Source: Planctomycetota bacterium (GTDB lineage: Bacteria > Planctomycetota > UBA1135 > GCA-002686595). Taken from it: a DNA stretch of 16,910 nucleotides. The notes beneath the pieces are model-generated. The model saw only the letters and a program-made list of their open reading frames with translations, was not told the origin of the DNA and made no database searches. The stretch spans positions 1 through 16,910 of the forward strand of contig JALWOP010000297.1 of assembly GCA_027083445.1 (NCBI GenBank), read 5' to 3'. This document shows, one piece after another, positions 1 to 7,129 of this stretch (position 1 is the first letter of the stretch; each line of letters begins with the position of its first letter). A program made the translations under genes and the position numbers.

Positions 1-62
1 CAGGGGAAGGGCCCGGCGGTTCACCCTGGCACGATCGGGGGGGGGCGTGCCAAACTGGAGGG

Positions 63-1691
63 GTGACCGATCTACGCAGCAATCCCCTGACCCTTGCCGA
101 GCGGGTGCGTATCCACGCGACCGCCTGGGCGATCCTCGGGGATCCCCACGCCGCGGAGGATGTCGTTCAGGACCTGGCTCTGCGGCTCGAGAGCGGTTGC
201 CCGGAACCGGACGGCCCCCGGCGGGAGTCCTGGATCGCCCGGCAGGCGATCGGCCTCTCGAAGAACCACCGCCGGGGCCGGCGGCGCCGCGCTCGCCGCG
301 AGCTGGAAGCGGGCCTCTCCCGCGCGCGCAGGCGCAGCGACCCACCCGACGGCTTGCTCGTTCGCCAAGAGGACCACGCCCGCCTGCGCAGCGCCCTGGC
401 GGATCTCGAGGAGAACCAGCGCCTGCCCCTGGTGCTGCGTTACTTCCACGACCGGCGCCTGGCCGAGATCGCCGAGATTCTCGACGTTCCCGTCTCCACC
501 GCCCACGAACGTCTGCGGCGCGGCCTGCGCCGCCTGCGGGGACGCCTCGGCGACGCCGATCTCGTGCCGGCCCTGATCGGGCTCTCCGTCCCTCGGGCAG
601 CTCTGGTCCTGGGCCCCACGACCCTCTTGGCACGCATCTCCATGGTCGCCGGTGGAACCTGGGGGGTCGCTCGAGCAGCTCTGCTCCTGGCAGCGGCCTC
701 CCTCCTGCCCCAAGCGGTGCACTCGGTCGCAGAGCCACCCCCCTCCGAGGTGCTGGTCGCCGCCGCGCCCCCGCGCTTTTCCGATCCGCCTCCCTCCGAA
801 GGGCTCGGCGAGAGGCCGGAGAGGCCAAAAGGGCGCGGGGAGAGGTCGGATCGAGGTCCGCACATCCCCGGTCCCCGGCGCGATTCCGACGACGCCGGCG
901 CGGACCCGCCGCAGGTAACCGGGGTCGAGGAGGGGACGGAGGGGCCCCGTTTCGGCTCGCGTGCCCCCTTCAGCGCCCCGCCCGAGAGGGGATCCACTCC
1001 GGATGCACAGACCCAGTCGCTCCCCTCGGGAATGAAAGAGGGCGTGGCCGGCGCGACCAACCTCCCCCGACTCGCGGGAAGCTCATCCCAGGGAGGAAGG
1101 GGCAGCCGCGAGAGCCCCTTCGCCGAGGAGGGCGACGGCCCGAAGACCGGACAGTCCCACAGCGGCAGCTTCGGTGGCGGTAGCGGCGGCGATCCCGGCG
1201 CGGAAGCGATGGCCCCCGGTGGCTTCGGTGGAGGAGGAGGGTCACTCGGAGGAGGGGGGGCCCTCACAGGAGGGGGGACCCTCACACGAGGGGGATCGCT
1301 CGAAGAGGGACTGAATCCCGCCGCCGCCGCGGCACTCCTCGACCCGGATACCAGAGGGGCCGCACTCTTGATTCGTCTCGACCGGCCTGGGGAGTCGGCT
1401 GCTCCCTCCCTCTTGGTCTTGCCCCTGGACCTCCTGCCCCGGCCCGCCCGACTCCTCCTGTGGAACTGGATCGTCACCAAGGGGGTACGCGCCTGGCTCC
1501 GCCTCCCGTCGAGTCGCCCCGATTCGGTTCCGAGTCCGCCTGCCCTCAGCCCCTCTCCCGGCCCGAGAAACGGGCTCCGCCCCCCGGGTTCTACCGGCGG
1601 ACGGAGCCCGCTTGCTTCGTTCTCACAACTCGCGAGGGGCTCCGATCCTGTTCGAGTCTCCGGGCAGGTCCTGCGCGGGATGGGTTCCTGA
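63..1691 (+). CDS. ECF (sigma-70 family, group IV) RNA polymerase sigma factor with a C-terminal extension: one predicted transmembrane helix plus a ~350-aa Gly/Pro/Ser-rich low-complexity tail. The true start may lie upstream of the window, because the frame is open back to nt 3.
   Basis: Region 2-like segment LGDPHAAEDVVQDLALRL...WIARQAIGLSKNHRR. Region 4 helix-turn-helix LPLVLRYFHDRRLAEIAEILDVPVSTAHERLRRGLRRLR. Hydrophobic stretch GTWGVARAALLLAAASLLPQAV. GTG at 63 has only a poorly spaced GGAGG upstream. Very high GC3. The co-open antisense ORF 440..1810 translates to Arg/Pro junk. Confidence 0.6.
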   Translation: MTDLRSNPLTLAERVRIHATAWAILGDPHAAEDVVQDLALRLESGCPEPDGPRRESWIARQAIGLSKNHRRGRRRRARRELEAGLSRARRRSDPPDGLLVRQEDHARLRSALADLEENQRLPLVLRYFHDRRLAEIAEILDVPVSTAHERLRRGLRRLRGRLGDADLVPALIGLSVPRAALVLGPTTLLARISMVAGGTWGVARAALLLAAASLLPQAVHSVAEPPPSEVLVAAAPPRFSDPPPSEGLGERPERPKGRGERSDRGPHIPGPRRDSDDAGADPPQVTGVEEGTEGPRFGSRAPFSAPPERGSTPDAQTQSLPSGMKEGVAGATNLPRLAGSSSQGGRGSRESPFAEEGDGPKTGQSHSGSFGGGSGGDPGAEAMAPGGFGGGGGSLGGGGALTGGGTLTRGGSLEEGLNPAAAAALLDPDTRGAALLIRLDRPGESAAPSLLVLPLDLLPRPARLLLWNWIVTKGVRAWLRLPSSRPDSVPSPPALSPSPGPRNGLRPPGSTGGRSPLASFSQLARGSDPVRVSGQVLRGMGS

Positions 1692-1993
1692 GCTCCTCTA
1701 CCCCTAACAGTCCGCTTCCAGCAGCGCTCGGCCGGGGTAAGTCCGCTTTTCTTTGGGAGATTCCGGAAAACGGGCCGGCGGGGGACTTCTGTTCCCAGGA
1801 ACGAACCCATTTTCGATCCGGGGGCCGCGTGTTCCCCCGTCCTCCCCGTCTCTCCGCGGGCGATATCCCTGCTGACGGTCTCCCCGCCACGGCTCCCCGT
1901 TGGCGGACCTCACAGGCGGTGCACCAGCGTCCGCTCCGGGTGGGCGCCGAGCGGGATGCTGTCGACGGGGGATCCTCCCCACGCGGTCTTGGA

Positions 1994-2026
1994 GGGGGCC
2001 GGGCCCGGCGAGCGGGTCCGGCCCCC
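1994..2026. terminator. GC-rich stem-loop: 14-bp stem with one G-U pair (gggggccgggcccg / cgggtccggccccc), 5-nt loop gcgag, followed on the + strand by tctcttt. It lies 20 nt beyond the stop of the minus-strand JAMM gene. Candidate bidirectional intrinsic terminator between convergent genes.
   Basis: Inverted repeat read directly from the sequence. The U-rich tail occurs on the + side only. Confidence 0.35.
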
Positions 2027-2046
2027 TCTCTTTGCTGGGGCTCCGC

Positions 2047-2469
2047 TCATACCCCGGAGCACTCCGCGAGTTCCACCCTTACGGCTCGACCTCCCGCGTA
2101 GCGCCACAGGCGCAGATCGGTGGGCCGGCCCCCGCGGAGCGAGAGGATCAACTGCAGACAGCCGGGCAGGGCGCCCTCCAGGTCCGATCGAGAGGGAACC
2201 GCGGGGGCTTCGGGATGGGAGTGGTAGACCGCGAGGAGGCTCCAGCCTCGCTCCCGGGCACGCTCCTCGGCCCGCATCAGGTCGACGGGGTGCAATTCGA
2301 AGCGCCGCCCACCCTCCGCCCCCGCCCGGTTGCGAGCGGGGTGGATCGCTCGCACGCGACCATCGACCCCCAAGAGCAGGCCGCAGGCCTCCTGGGGGAG
2401 GGCGGCCCGCGCCACTCGAACGAGCTCTCTGGAGAGCTCGGCGGGCAGGAGCAATCCGTCCGCTTTCAC
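2047..2469 (-). CDS. JAMM/MPN+ (Mov34/JAB) zinc metalloprotease, Mec+/QbsD-like standalone deubiquitinase-type protein, ~141 aa from a GTG start.
   Basis: Canonical JAMM motif HSHPEAPAVPSRSD (H-x-H-x7-S-x2-D). Upstream catalytic Glu in ALPQEACGLLLG (the E-x-C-G signature). I prefer the GTG start at 2469 over the ORF-track ATG at 2619, because the first 50 residues from 2619 are Arg/Pro-rich junk and GTG 2469 overlaps the upstream gene's stop as GTGA. Confidence 0.8.
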   Translation of the reverse strand: MKADGLLLPAELSRELVRVARAALPQEACGLLLGVDGRVRAIHPARNRAGAEGGRRFELHPVDLMRAEERARERGWSLLAVYHSHPEAPAVPSRSDLEGALPGCLQLILSLRGGRPTDLRLWRYAGGRAVRVELAECSGV

Positions 2470-2915
2470 ACGCCGAACTCGATCTCGCCGCCGGGAAGGA
2501 GGTAGACGATCAACATCTCGCCCCCCGCGACCGTCGGGACGTGGGTCGAGTCGGGGGGATAGACCACCCAGCCCGCCGGGTGCCCGTCGAAGGTCGGCTC
2601 CCCCTTGCGGGCGATGCACCAGTCGACCTCGCCCCGGGGGTGGCGGTGCCGGGGCCCGGGGCCGGTCATCAGCACCACGTCGATCGAAAAGCCGCTCGTC
2701 TCTTCACACGCCTTGCTGACGCGGCCCCAGCGCACGGGGGGCTCCCCCCGCTCGGCGATACGGCCGGCGGCGAGGAGCTCCTCGAGGGAGGCGGTGAGAG
2801 CGGCGGCCTCGGGGCCGGCGGGGTCGAAGCGCTGGGCGAGGAGCGCGGGGGCCTCGGGATCGGAGAGATCGACCCCCCGCGCGGCGTCGATCAGGGGTTG
2901 GAAGAGTTCGAGCAT
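2466..2915 (-). CDS. Cupin_2-fold protein of unknown function, 149 aa, with a helical N-terminal ~65 aa. Translationally coupled to the downstream JAMM gene.
   Basis: Cupin motif 1: GPGPRHRHPRGEVDWCIARKGE (H-x-H-x3-E...G). Cupin motif 2: PAGWVVYPPDSTHVP. Diverse amino-acid composition (F, Q, W, C, K, Y) that does not look like antisense junk. Its stop TGA overlaps the next gene's GTG start. Confidence 0.6.
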   Translation of the reverse strand: MLELFQPLIDAARGVDLSDPEAPALLAQRFDPAGPEAAALTASLEELLAAGRIAERGEPPVRWGRVSKACEETSGFSIDVVLMTGPGPRHRHPRGEVDWCIARKGEPTFDGHPAGWVVYPPDSTHVPTVAGGEMLIVYLLPGGEIEFGV

Positions 2916-2987
2916 GGGGGCAAGGTACCAACTGTGCCGCGAGTGGGCCCGAGCGATGGACCCCGGCCTGGGCTACGATTCGCGGCC

Positions 2988-5096
2988 ATGCCCCAGCGCA
3001 CCCGCGCGGCCGCCATCCTGGCCACCGTCTTGGCCCTGATCGTCTACGCCTATGCCCCCCTGGTTCGGGCGGGCTTTCTGGGCGAGGACCTGGCTGTCCT
3101 GACCTCCCTCGAAGAGTCCACTCGACCCCTCCGTCCGGCGGGTGGGTACCGGGTCGTGGGCACCGACCAGCGGCCCGGGGCGGTGCTCTCCCTGGTCGCC
3201 TCCCGTGCTCTTTGGACCCCCGGACTTTGGCAGGGGGACGAGGCACCGCTCCTGCGCCTCGAGAACCTGCTGCTGCTTGGGCTGGCCGCCTTTGGACTGG
3301 TCGGAGGGCTGCGGCGGGCCCTCGATCCCTGGGCTGGGCGCGACCTCGCCCGGGCGGCCGGACACGCCGGAGCCGCCTTCGTGCTCGTGCACCCCCTGGC
3401 GGTCTCGGCGGTGGCGCGGCTCTCGGCACGGGGGGATCTTTGCGCCCTGGCCCTCTCTGCCTGGGCTGTGCAGGCCTTCCTCCTGGGGAGGCAGGAGCGG
3501 GTCCGGCCGGCGGTCGTGCTGGCCTGGGTGCTGGCGGTCCTGGCGGGCTTTTGTTCCTCCCTGGCGCTCTACCTACCCCTGGTGCTGGCCGCCCTGGAGC
3601 ACCAGTCCGCCCGGCGCCTGCGCCCCCTCGGCGTTCGCTGGCGCACCACCATCACCACCCTCCTCGTCTTCGCAGCGGCGGTGCTGGTCGAAGCCCTGCC
3701 GCGCTCGCTGCTCGCCCCGGCGGGCGGCGCCTCGCTCTTTCCCCTGCCCCCCGCCGCCTCCCCCGGCCTGTGGCTCGAGCGGCTCGGCGTGCTCTTGATG
3801 CCCGGCAACGTCCACGGCCTCGGACCGAGCGCGCCCCTCCTGGGGGGGCTGGCCACCCTGATCGCCCTCCACCCGGCCCTGGTCGCGGTGCGCAGCGCGC
3901 CCCGATTGTGGGGACGCCTGCTCCTCGCCTGGGGTATCGCCCTCGGGGTGGCGGTGGCACCCGGAGCCTACGTGCGCGTCACCCCCGAGGGGCTCGCTGG
4001 GGCGCCCCTGCTCCTGCCGGCGGCGGTGGTGATGGCGGTGGGGCTGGGGACCGCGGCGACGGCGATCTCGGGTTGGCGCCGCACCTTCGTTCCGGTCGCG
4101 GTCGGCGCGCTCTTCGCCCTTCTCGGACGGGCCCAGGCCGTTCCCCTGGGGGAGGCGGCGGAGGCGGTGCGGTCGGTGCGCGAGGATCTGGTCGCCGCGG
4201 CGAGCGAGCGCAGTTGGAGCGGCAACCTGATCCTGATCGACCCGCCCCGGGAGGTGGCCGGCTTGGACGCCCTCGGAGCGGACCCCGGCCTCCTGCTCAC
4301 CCCGGCCCTGCCTCCCTACGGACGTGCCGGAGGGATAGGCGTCCGCGCCCTCGATCGGAGGGCCTTCGAGATCGCCTCCCGCGGCGAGGGTTTCTCGGCC
4401 CTGCGCGCCTCGGGCGTCAGCCTGGTGTTGCCCGCGGACCTCTTGGAGCCGCACTCCTCCGGACGCAGTTCGCTGCCCCTGCCACCGCCCGGACCCGAGA
4501 ACGCCCGCGTCGCCTGGGTGGGCGAGGGCAAGAGTCCTCCGGGAGTGCTCGTCGATCCCCTGCGGTCGCGCTACCTGCGCGTGACCGCGCTCCCCGACGC
4601 GGACACCTCCCGTCCTCCCCTGGTGCGTTGGACCACCGATCGCTGGAGCGAGGACGCCGGACTCGAGGGGGTCTGGGTCGTAGGCGGAGACGCGCCCGTC
4701 GCCGTCTTCGATCTGGAGCGGTCGACGAGCTGGTGGCTGGCGGGACGGGTACGCTCCCTCTGGATGGATCGAGGCATCGTGCAGATCACCACGGCAGAAC
4801 TCGAACCCGGGCCGGTCGAGTTCGGACCGGTCGTCGGCCATATCGAGGGGGTGGACTGGATCTTCGAGCCCGCCGGGACGCGGCCCAGGGTCAAGGACGA
4901 GGTTCCCACCTGGGTGCTCGAGTTCTACGATCCCCAGGCGGGCTGGACCCGCGAGCTTTCCGCCCGCAGCGAGCCCGGCGGCCGCGTCCGCTTCGTGGGC
5001 GCGGGGCGTCTTGGAGGCGGAGAGGTGCAGTGGAGCCTGGAGCTGCGCGCGGGTTCCGTGACCTTGACCCGGACGAGTAAGGCCGTTTGGGAGTGA
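2988..5096 (+). CDS. Polytopic inner-membrane protein of 702 aa. It has ~11 N-terminal TM helices with an ED motif in the first extracytoplasmic loop (GT-C / PMT-ArnT-like glycosyltransferase fold suspected) and a ~300-aa C-terminal soluble domain of unknown function.
   Basis: ATG at 2988 ([37 protein letters not shown]...) followed by repeated hydrophobic helices ([50 protein letters not shown], etc.). The in-frame region 1956..2987 upstream of this ATG translates to Arg/Pro/Gly junk and overlaps two better genes on the other strand, so I treat it as a spurious extension. Confidence 0.6.
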   Translation: MPQRTRAAAILATVLALIVYAYAPLVRAGFLGEDLAVLTSLEESTRPLRPAGGYRVVGTDQRPGAVLSLVASRALWTPGLWQGDEAPLLRLENLLLLGLAAFGLVGGLRRALDPWAGRDLARAAGHAGAAFVLVHPLAVSAVARLSARGDLCALALSAWAVQAFLLGRQERVRPAVVLAWVLAVLAGFCSSLALYLPLVLAALEHQSARRLRPLGVRWRTTITTLLVFAAAVLVEALPRSLLAPAGGASLFPLPPAASPGLWLERLGVLLMPGNVHGLGPSAPLLGGLATLIALHPALVAVRSAPRLWGRLLLAWGIALGVAVAPGAYVRVTPEGLAGAPLLLPAAVVMAVGLGTAATAISGWRRTFVPVAVGALFALLGRAQAVPLGEAAEAVRSVREDLVAAASERSWSGNLILIDPPREVAGLDALGADPGLLLTPALPPYGRAGGIGVRALDRRAFEIASRGEGFSALRASGVSLVLPADLLEPHSSGRSSLPLPPPGPENARVAWVGEGKSPPGVLVDPLRSRYLRVTALPDADTSRPPLVRWTTDRWSEDAGLEGVWVVGGDAPVAVFDLERSTSWWLAGRVRSLWMDRGIVQITTAELEPGPVEFGPVVGHIEGVDWIFEPAGTRPRVKDEVPTWVLEFYDPQAGWTRELSARSEPGGRVRFVGAGRLGGGEVQWSLELRAGSVTLTRTSKAVWE

Positions 5097-5100
5097 ACCC

Positions 5101-5451
5101 ATGAGTACCCAGCCCTCCCGTGAGCTCGAGTCCTTCGACAATCCCGCTCCCGAGCGGGACTACGAGATTCGCTTCGAGTGTCCCGAGTTCACCTGCCTCT
5201 GCCCGCGCACAGGCCAGCCCGACTTCGCCACGATCCGCATCCGCTACGTTCCCGACCGGCTGTGCGTCGAGCTGAAGAGCCTCAAGCTCTACCTGTGGTC
5301 GTTCCGCGGCGAGGGACACTTCCACGAGGCGGTCACCAACCAGATCCTCGACGACCTGGTGGCCCTGCTCGAGCCCCGGCGCATGACGGTCGAAGGGGAT
5401 TTTTGGGTGCGCGGGGGAATCCACACCGTGGTGGAGGCATCCCATCCCTGA
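5101..5451 (+). CDS. queF: NADPH-dependent 7-cyano-7-deazaguanine (preQ0) reductase QueF, unimodular type I.
   Basis: [48 protein letters not shown] carries the catalytic Cys within CPEF-TCLCP and the QueF E(S/L)K(S/A)hK(L/Y)(Y/F/W) signature. GGGAG sits 7 nt upstream of the ATG. An in-frame stop at 5065 precludes a longer N-terminus. Confidence 0.9.
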   Translation: MSTQPSRELESFDNPAPERDYEIRFECPEFTCLCPRTGQPDFATIRIRYVPDRLCVELKSLKLYLWSFRGEGHFHEAVTNQILDDLVALLEPRRMTVEGDFWVRGGIHTVVEASHP

Positions 5452-5476
5452 TCCTCCCGACCTCCCCGGCGAACTC

Positions 5477-7021
5477 TTGCAGGCCGAGGCCTTCCCCGGC
5501 TACGAGGGTCCTGTCGAGCTGGTCGAGACCCACGTCTCCTGGCTCTTCTTCGCCGGGGAGCGGGTCTACAAGGTCAAGCGTCCGGTCGATCTGGGCTTCG
5601 TCGATGCGCGCACCTTGGAGCAGCGGCGTTTCCTGTGTGACGAGGAGGTACGTCTGAACCAGGAGCTCGCGCCGGGGATCTACCTGGGGGTCGTGCCGAT
5701 CGTGCGCGAGGGGAGCGGCGCTCTCCGGGTGGGGGGGAGCGCGGAGAGCGAGGCGTTGGAGTGGGCGGTCGAGATGCGCCGCTTGCCGTCCGAGTGCATG
5801 CTCGCAGAGCTACTCGAGGAGGGAGCGGTCGACAACGCGCTCTTCGATCGCATCGCCCAGCGTCTGGTGGGCTTCCACGAGCGGGCTCCGGCGGGAGCCG
5901 AGGTCCGCTCCTACGCGACCCCAGAGGCACTCGGGGAGATGGTCGACGAGAACCTGCGCGGGGCCCGGCAGGCGGGCCGCGGCATCCTCTCGCCGATCCA
6001 GGCCGCTTTCCTGGAGCGCTGGAGTCGCTCCTTTTTCTCCCAGGAACGAGAGCTGCTCGAGCGGCGCCTGCACGGGGGACGCATCCGCGAAGGACATGGC
6101 GACCTGCACGCCGAAAACCTCTGCGTGGTGGGGGAACGGGTCATCGCCTATGACCGGCTGGAGTTCTCCCGGCGTCTGCGCTGCGGAGACGTCGCCCTCG
6201 ATCTGGCCTTTCTGGCGATGGATCTCGACTGGCGCGGTTATCCCGCCTTTTCGCACTACCTGGTGCGAAGCTACGCGGAACGGACCGGGGATACCGAGCT
6301 CCCGGCCCTGATGGATATCTACAAGAGCTACCGGGCGGTGGTACGAGGCAAGGTCGCCGCGATCGGGGCCGGCTCGGTGACCCGCGTGGGCTCCCGGGCG
6401 CGCTCTCTAGCTGCCCGGCGCGTGGCCCACGGCTACTTCCAGTTGGCCGTGGGCTACGGTCTGCCGCCCATTCTCGTGCTGCTCTCGGGGCTCCCCGCGG
6501 CGGGTAAGAGCCGCTTCGCAGAGGCGCTGGTGCGCCCCCTGAGGGCCGTTCGGCTCTCCAGTGACGTGCGCCGCAAGGTCGCCGCCGGCCTCTCCCCCAA
6601 AGGGCCCAGCGGTGAAGAGGAACTCGGCGCGGGGCTCTACCATCCCGATCGCCGCGCGCAGGTCTACGACCTCTTGTTGGCGGATACTCGCGAGCACCTG
6701 CGCCACGGCCGCTCGGTCGTGGTCGACGCAACCTTCGGCCGAGCGGACGAGCGCGCGCGCTTCGTCGCAGCGGCCCGCGAGCTGGGGCTGCCCTGGATCG
6801 TGGTCCACTTGCACGTGGGGGTGGAGCGCACGCGGCGACGCATGCAGCAACGCGGTCCGGGGGCCTCCGATGCGGGTTGGGATGTCTACTGCTACCTGCG
6901 CGAACGCTTCGAGCCGCCCAGCGAAATCCCCGCCGCCCACCGCATGGAGTGGTTCGGCCTCGGCTGGCTCGAACGCGGAGCGGGCACACTGGTCGATCGC
7001 TGGATCGAGCTTGGGGGGTGA
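5477..7021 (+). CDS. Two-domain kinase: an N-terminal aminoglycoside-phosphotransferase/choline-kinase-like domain fused to a C-terminal P-loop (AAA_33 / zeta-toxin-like) ATP-binding kinase domain. This is the 'bifunctional APH/ATP-binding protein' architecture.
   Basis: Brenner motif HGDLHAENLCV and downstream IAYDRLEF (Asp of the D-F-G-like site) in the N-terminal half. Walker A LLSGLPAAGKSRF and a Walker-B-like VVVDATF in the C-terminal half. The TTG start at 5477 lies 26 nt after the queF stop, and the start assignment is uncertain. Confidence 0.75.
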   Translation: MQAEAFPGYEGPVELVETHVSWLFFAGERVYKVKRPVDLGFVDARTLEQRRFLCDEEVRLNQELAPGIYLGVVPIVREGSGALRVGGSAESEALEWAVEMRRLPSECMLAELLEEGAVDNALFDRIAQRLVGFHERAPAGAEVRSYATPEALGEMVDENLRGARQAGRGILSPIQAAFLERWSRSFFSQERELLERRLHGGRIREGHGDLHAENLCVVGERVIAYDRLEFSRRLRCGDVALDLAFLAMDLDWRGYPAFSHYLVRSYAERTGDTELPALMDIYKSYRAVVRGKVAAIGAGSVTRVGSRARSLAARRVAHGYFQLAVGYGLPPILVLLSGLPAAGKSRFAEALVRPLRAVRLSSDVRRKVAAGLSPKGPSGEEELGAGLYHPDRRAQVYDLLLADTREHLRHGRSVVVDATFGRADERARFVAAARELGLPWIVVHLHVGVERTRRRMQQRGPGASDAGWDVYCYLRERFEPPSEIPAAHRMEWFGLGWLERGAGTLVDRWIELGG

Positions 7022-7080
7022 ACGCCGGCTCGGCATGCACCCCCCTGGGATCGTCCCGTCGGAATCTCGGGCCTGAGCTC

Positions 7081-7103
7081 GGGTTGGAGGCAGTGTCCAA
7101 CCC
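7081..7103. terminator. Perfect 8-bp hairpin (gggttgga / tccaaccc, 7-nt loop) in the 108-bp gap between the convergent kinase and flotillin genes. Possible terminator lacking a U-tract.
   Basis: Inverted repeat seen directly. No T-run follows on either strand. Confidence 0.3.
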
Positions 7104-7129
7104 CGCTACAACCCCGCCCCGGGCGGCGC

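Noticed and set aside
47-1183. 378-aa + ORF in another frame over the same region.
   Set aside because: The translation is an Arg/Pro/Gly repeat with no motifs. The frame encoding the sigma-70 motifs is the real one.
440-1810. 456-aa minus-strand ORF antisense to the sigma-factor gene.
   Set aside because: It shares its wobble position with the + gene, which is the classic GC3-driven open antisense frame. Its product is Arg/Pro/Ser low-complexity junk, and it overlaps clear sigma-70 r2/r4 motifs on the other strand.
2470-2619. ATG at 2619 as the JAMM start (190-aa version).
   Set aside because: The first 50 residues are Arg/Pro/Gly low-complexity and overlap the cupin C-terminus. GTG 2469 gives the GTGA coupling and a normal Mec+-sized protein.
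1956-2987. N-terminal 344 codons of the 1046-aa ORF-track membrane-protein ORF.
   Set aside because: The translation is Arg/Pro/Gly junk. It overlaps the JAMM and cupin genes, which have real motifs, on the opposite strand. A clean ATG plus a hydrophobic N-terminus begins at 2988.
3212-5141. 622-aa + ORF and 522-aa minus ORF overlapping the membrane-protein gene. Likewise 2704..3429, 2973..3392 and 3142..3798.
   Set aside because: Arg/Gly/Pro-dominated translations typical of off-frame reading in high-GC DNA. The TM-helix periodicity is present only in the 2988 frame.
6141-7100. 319-aa minus ORF, 5574..6256 minus ORFs, and the 6561..7076 + ORF over the kinase gene.
   Set aside because: Arg/Pro junk. 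The kinase motifs (HGDLHAEN, GxxxxGKS) are in the 5477 frame.
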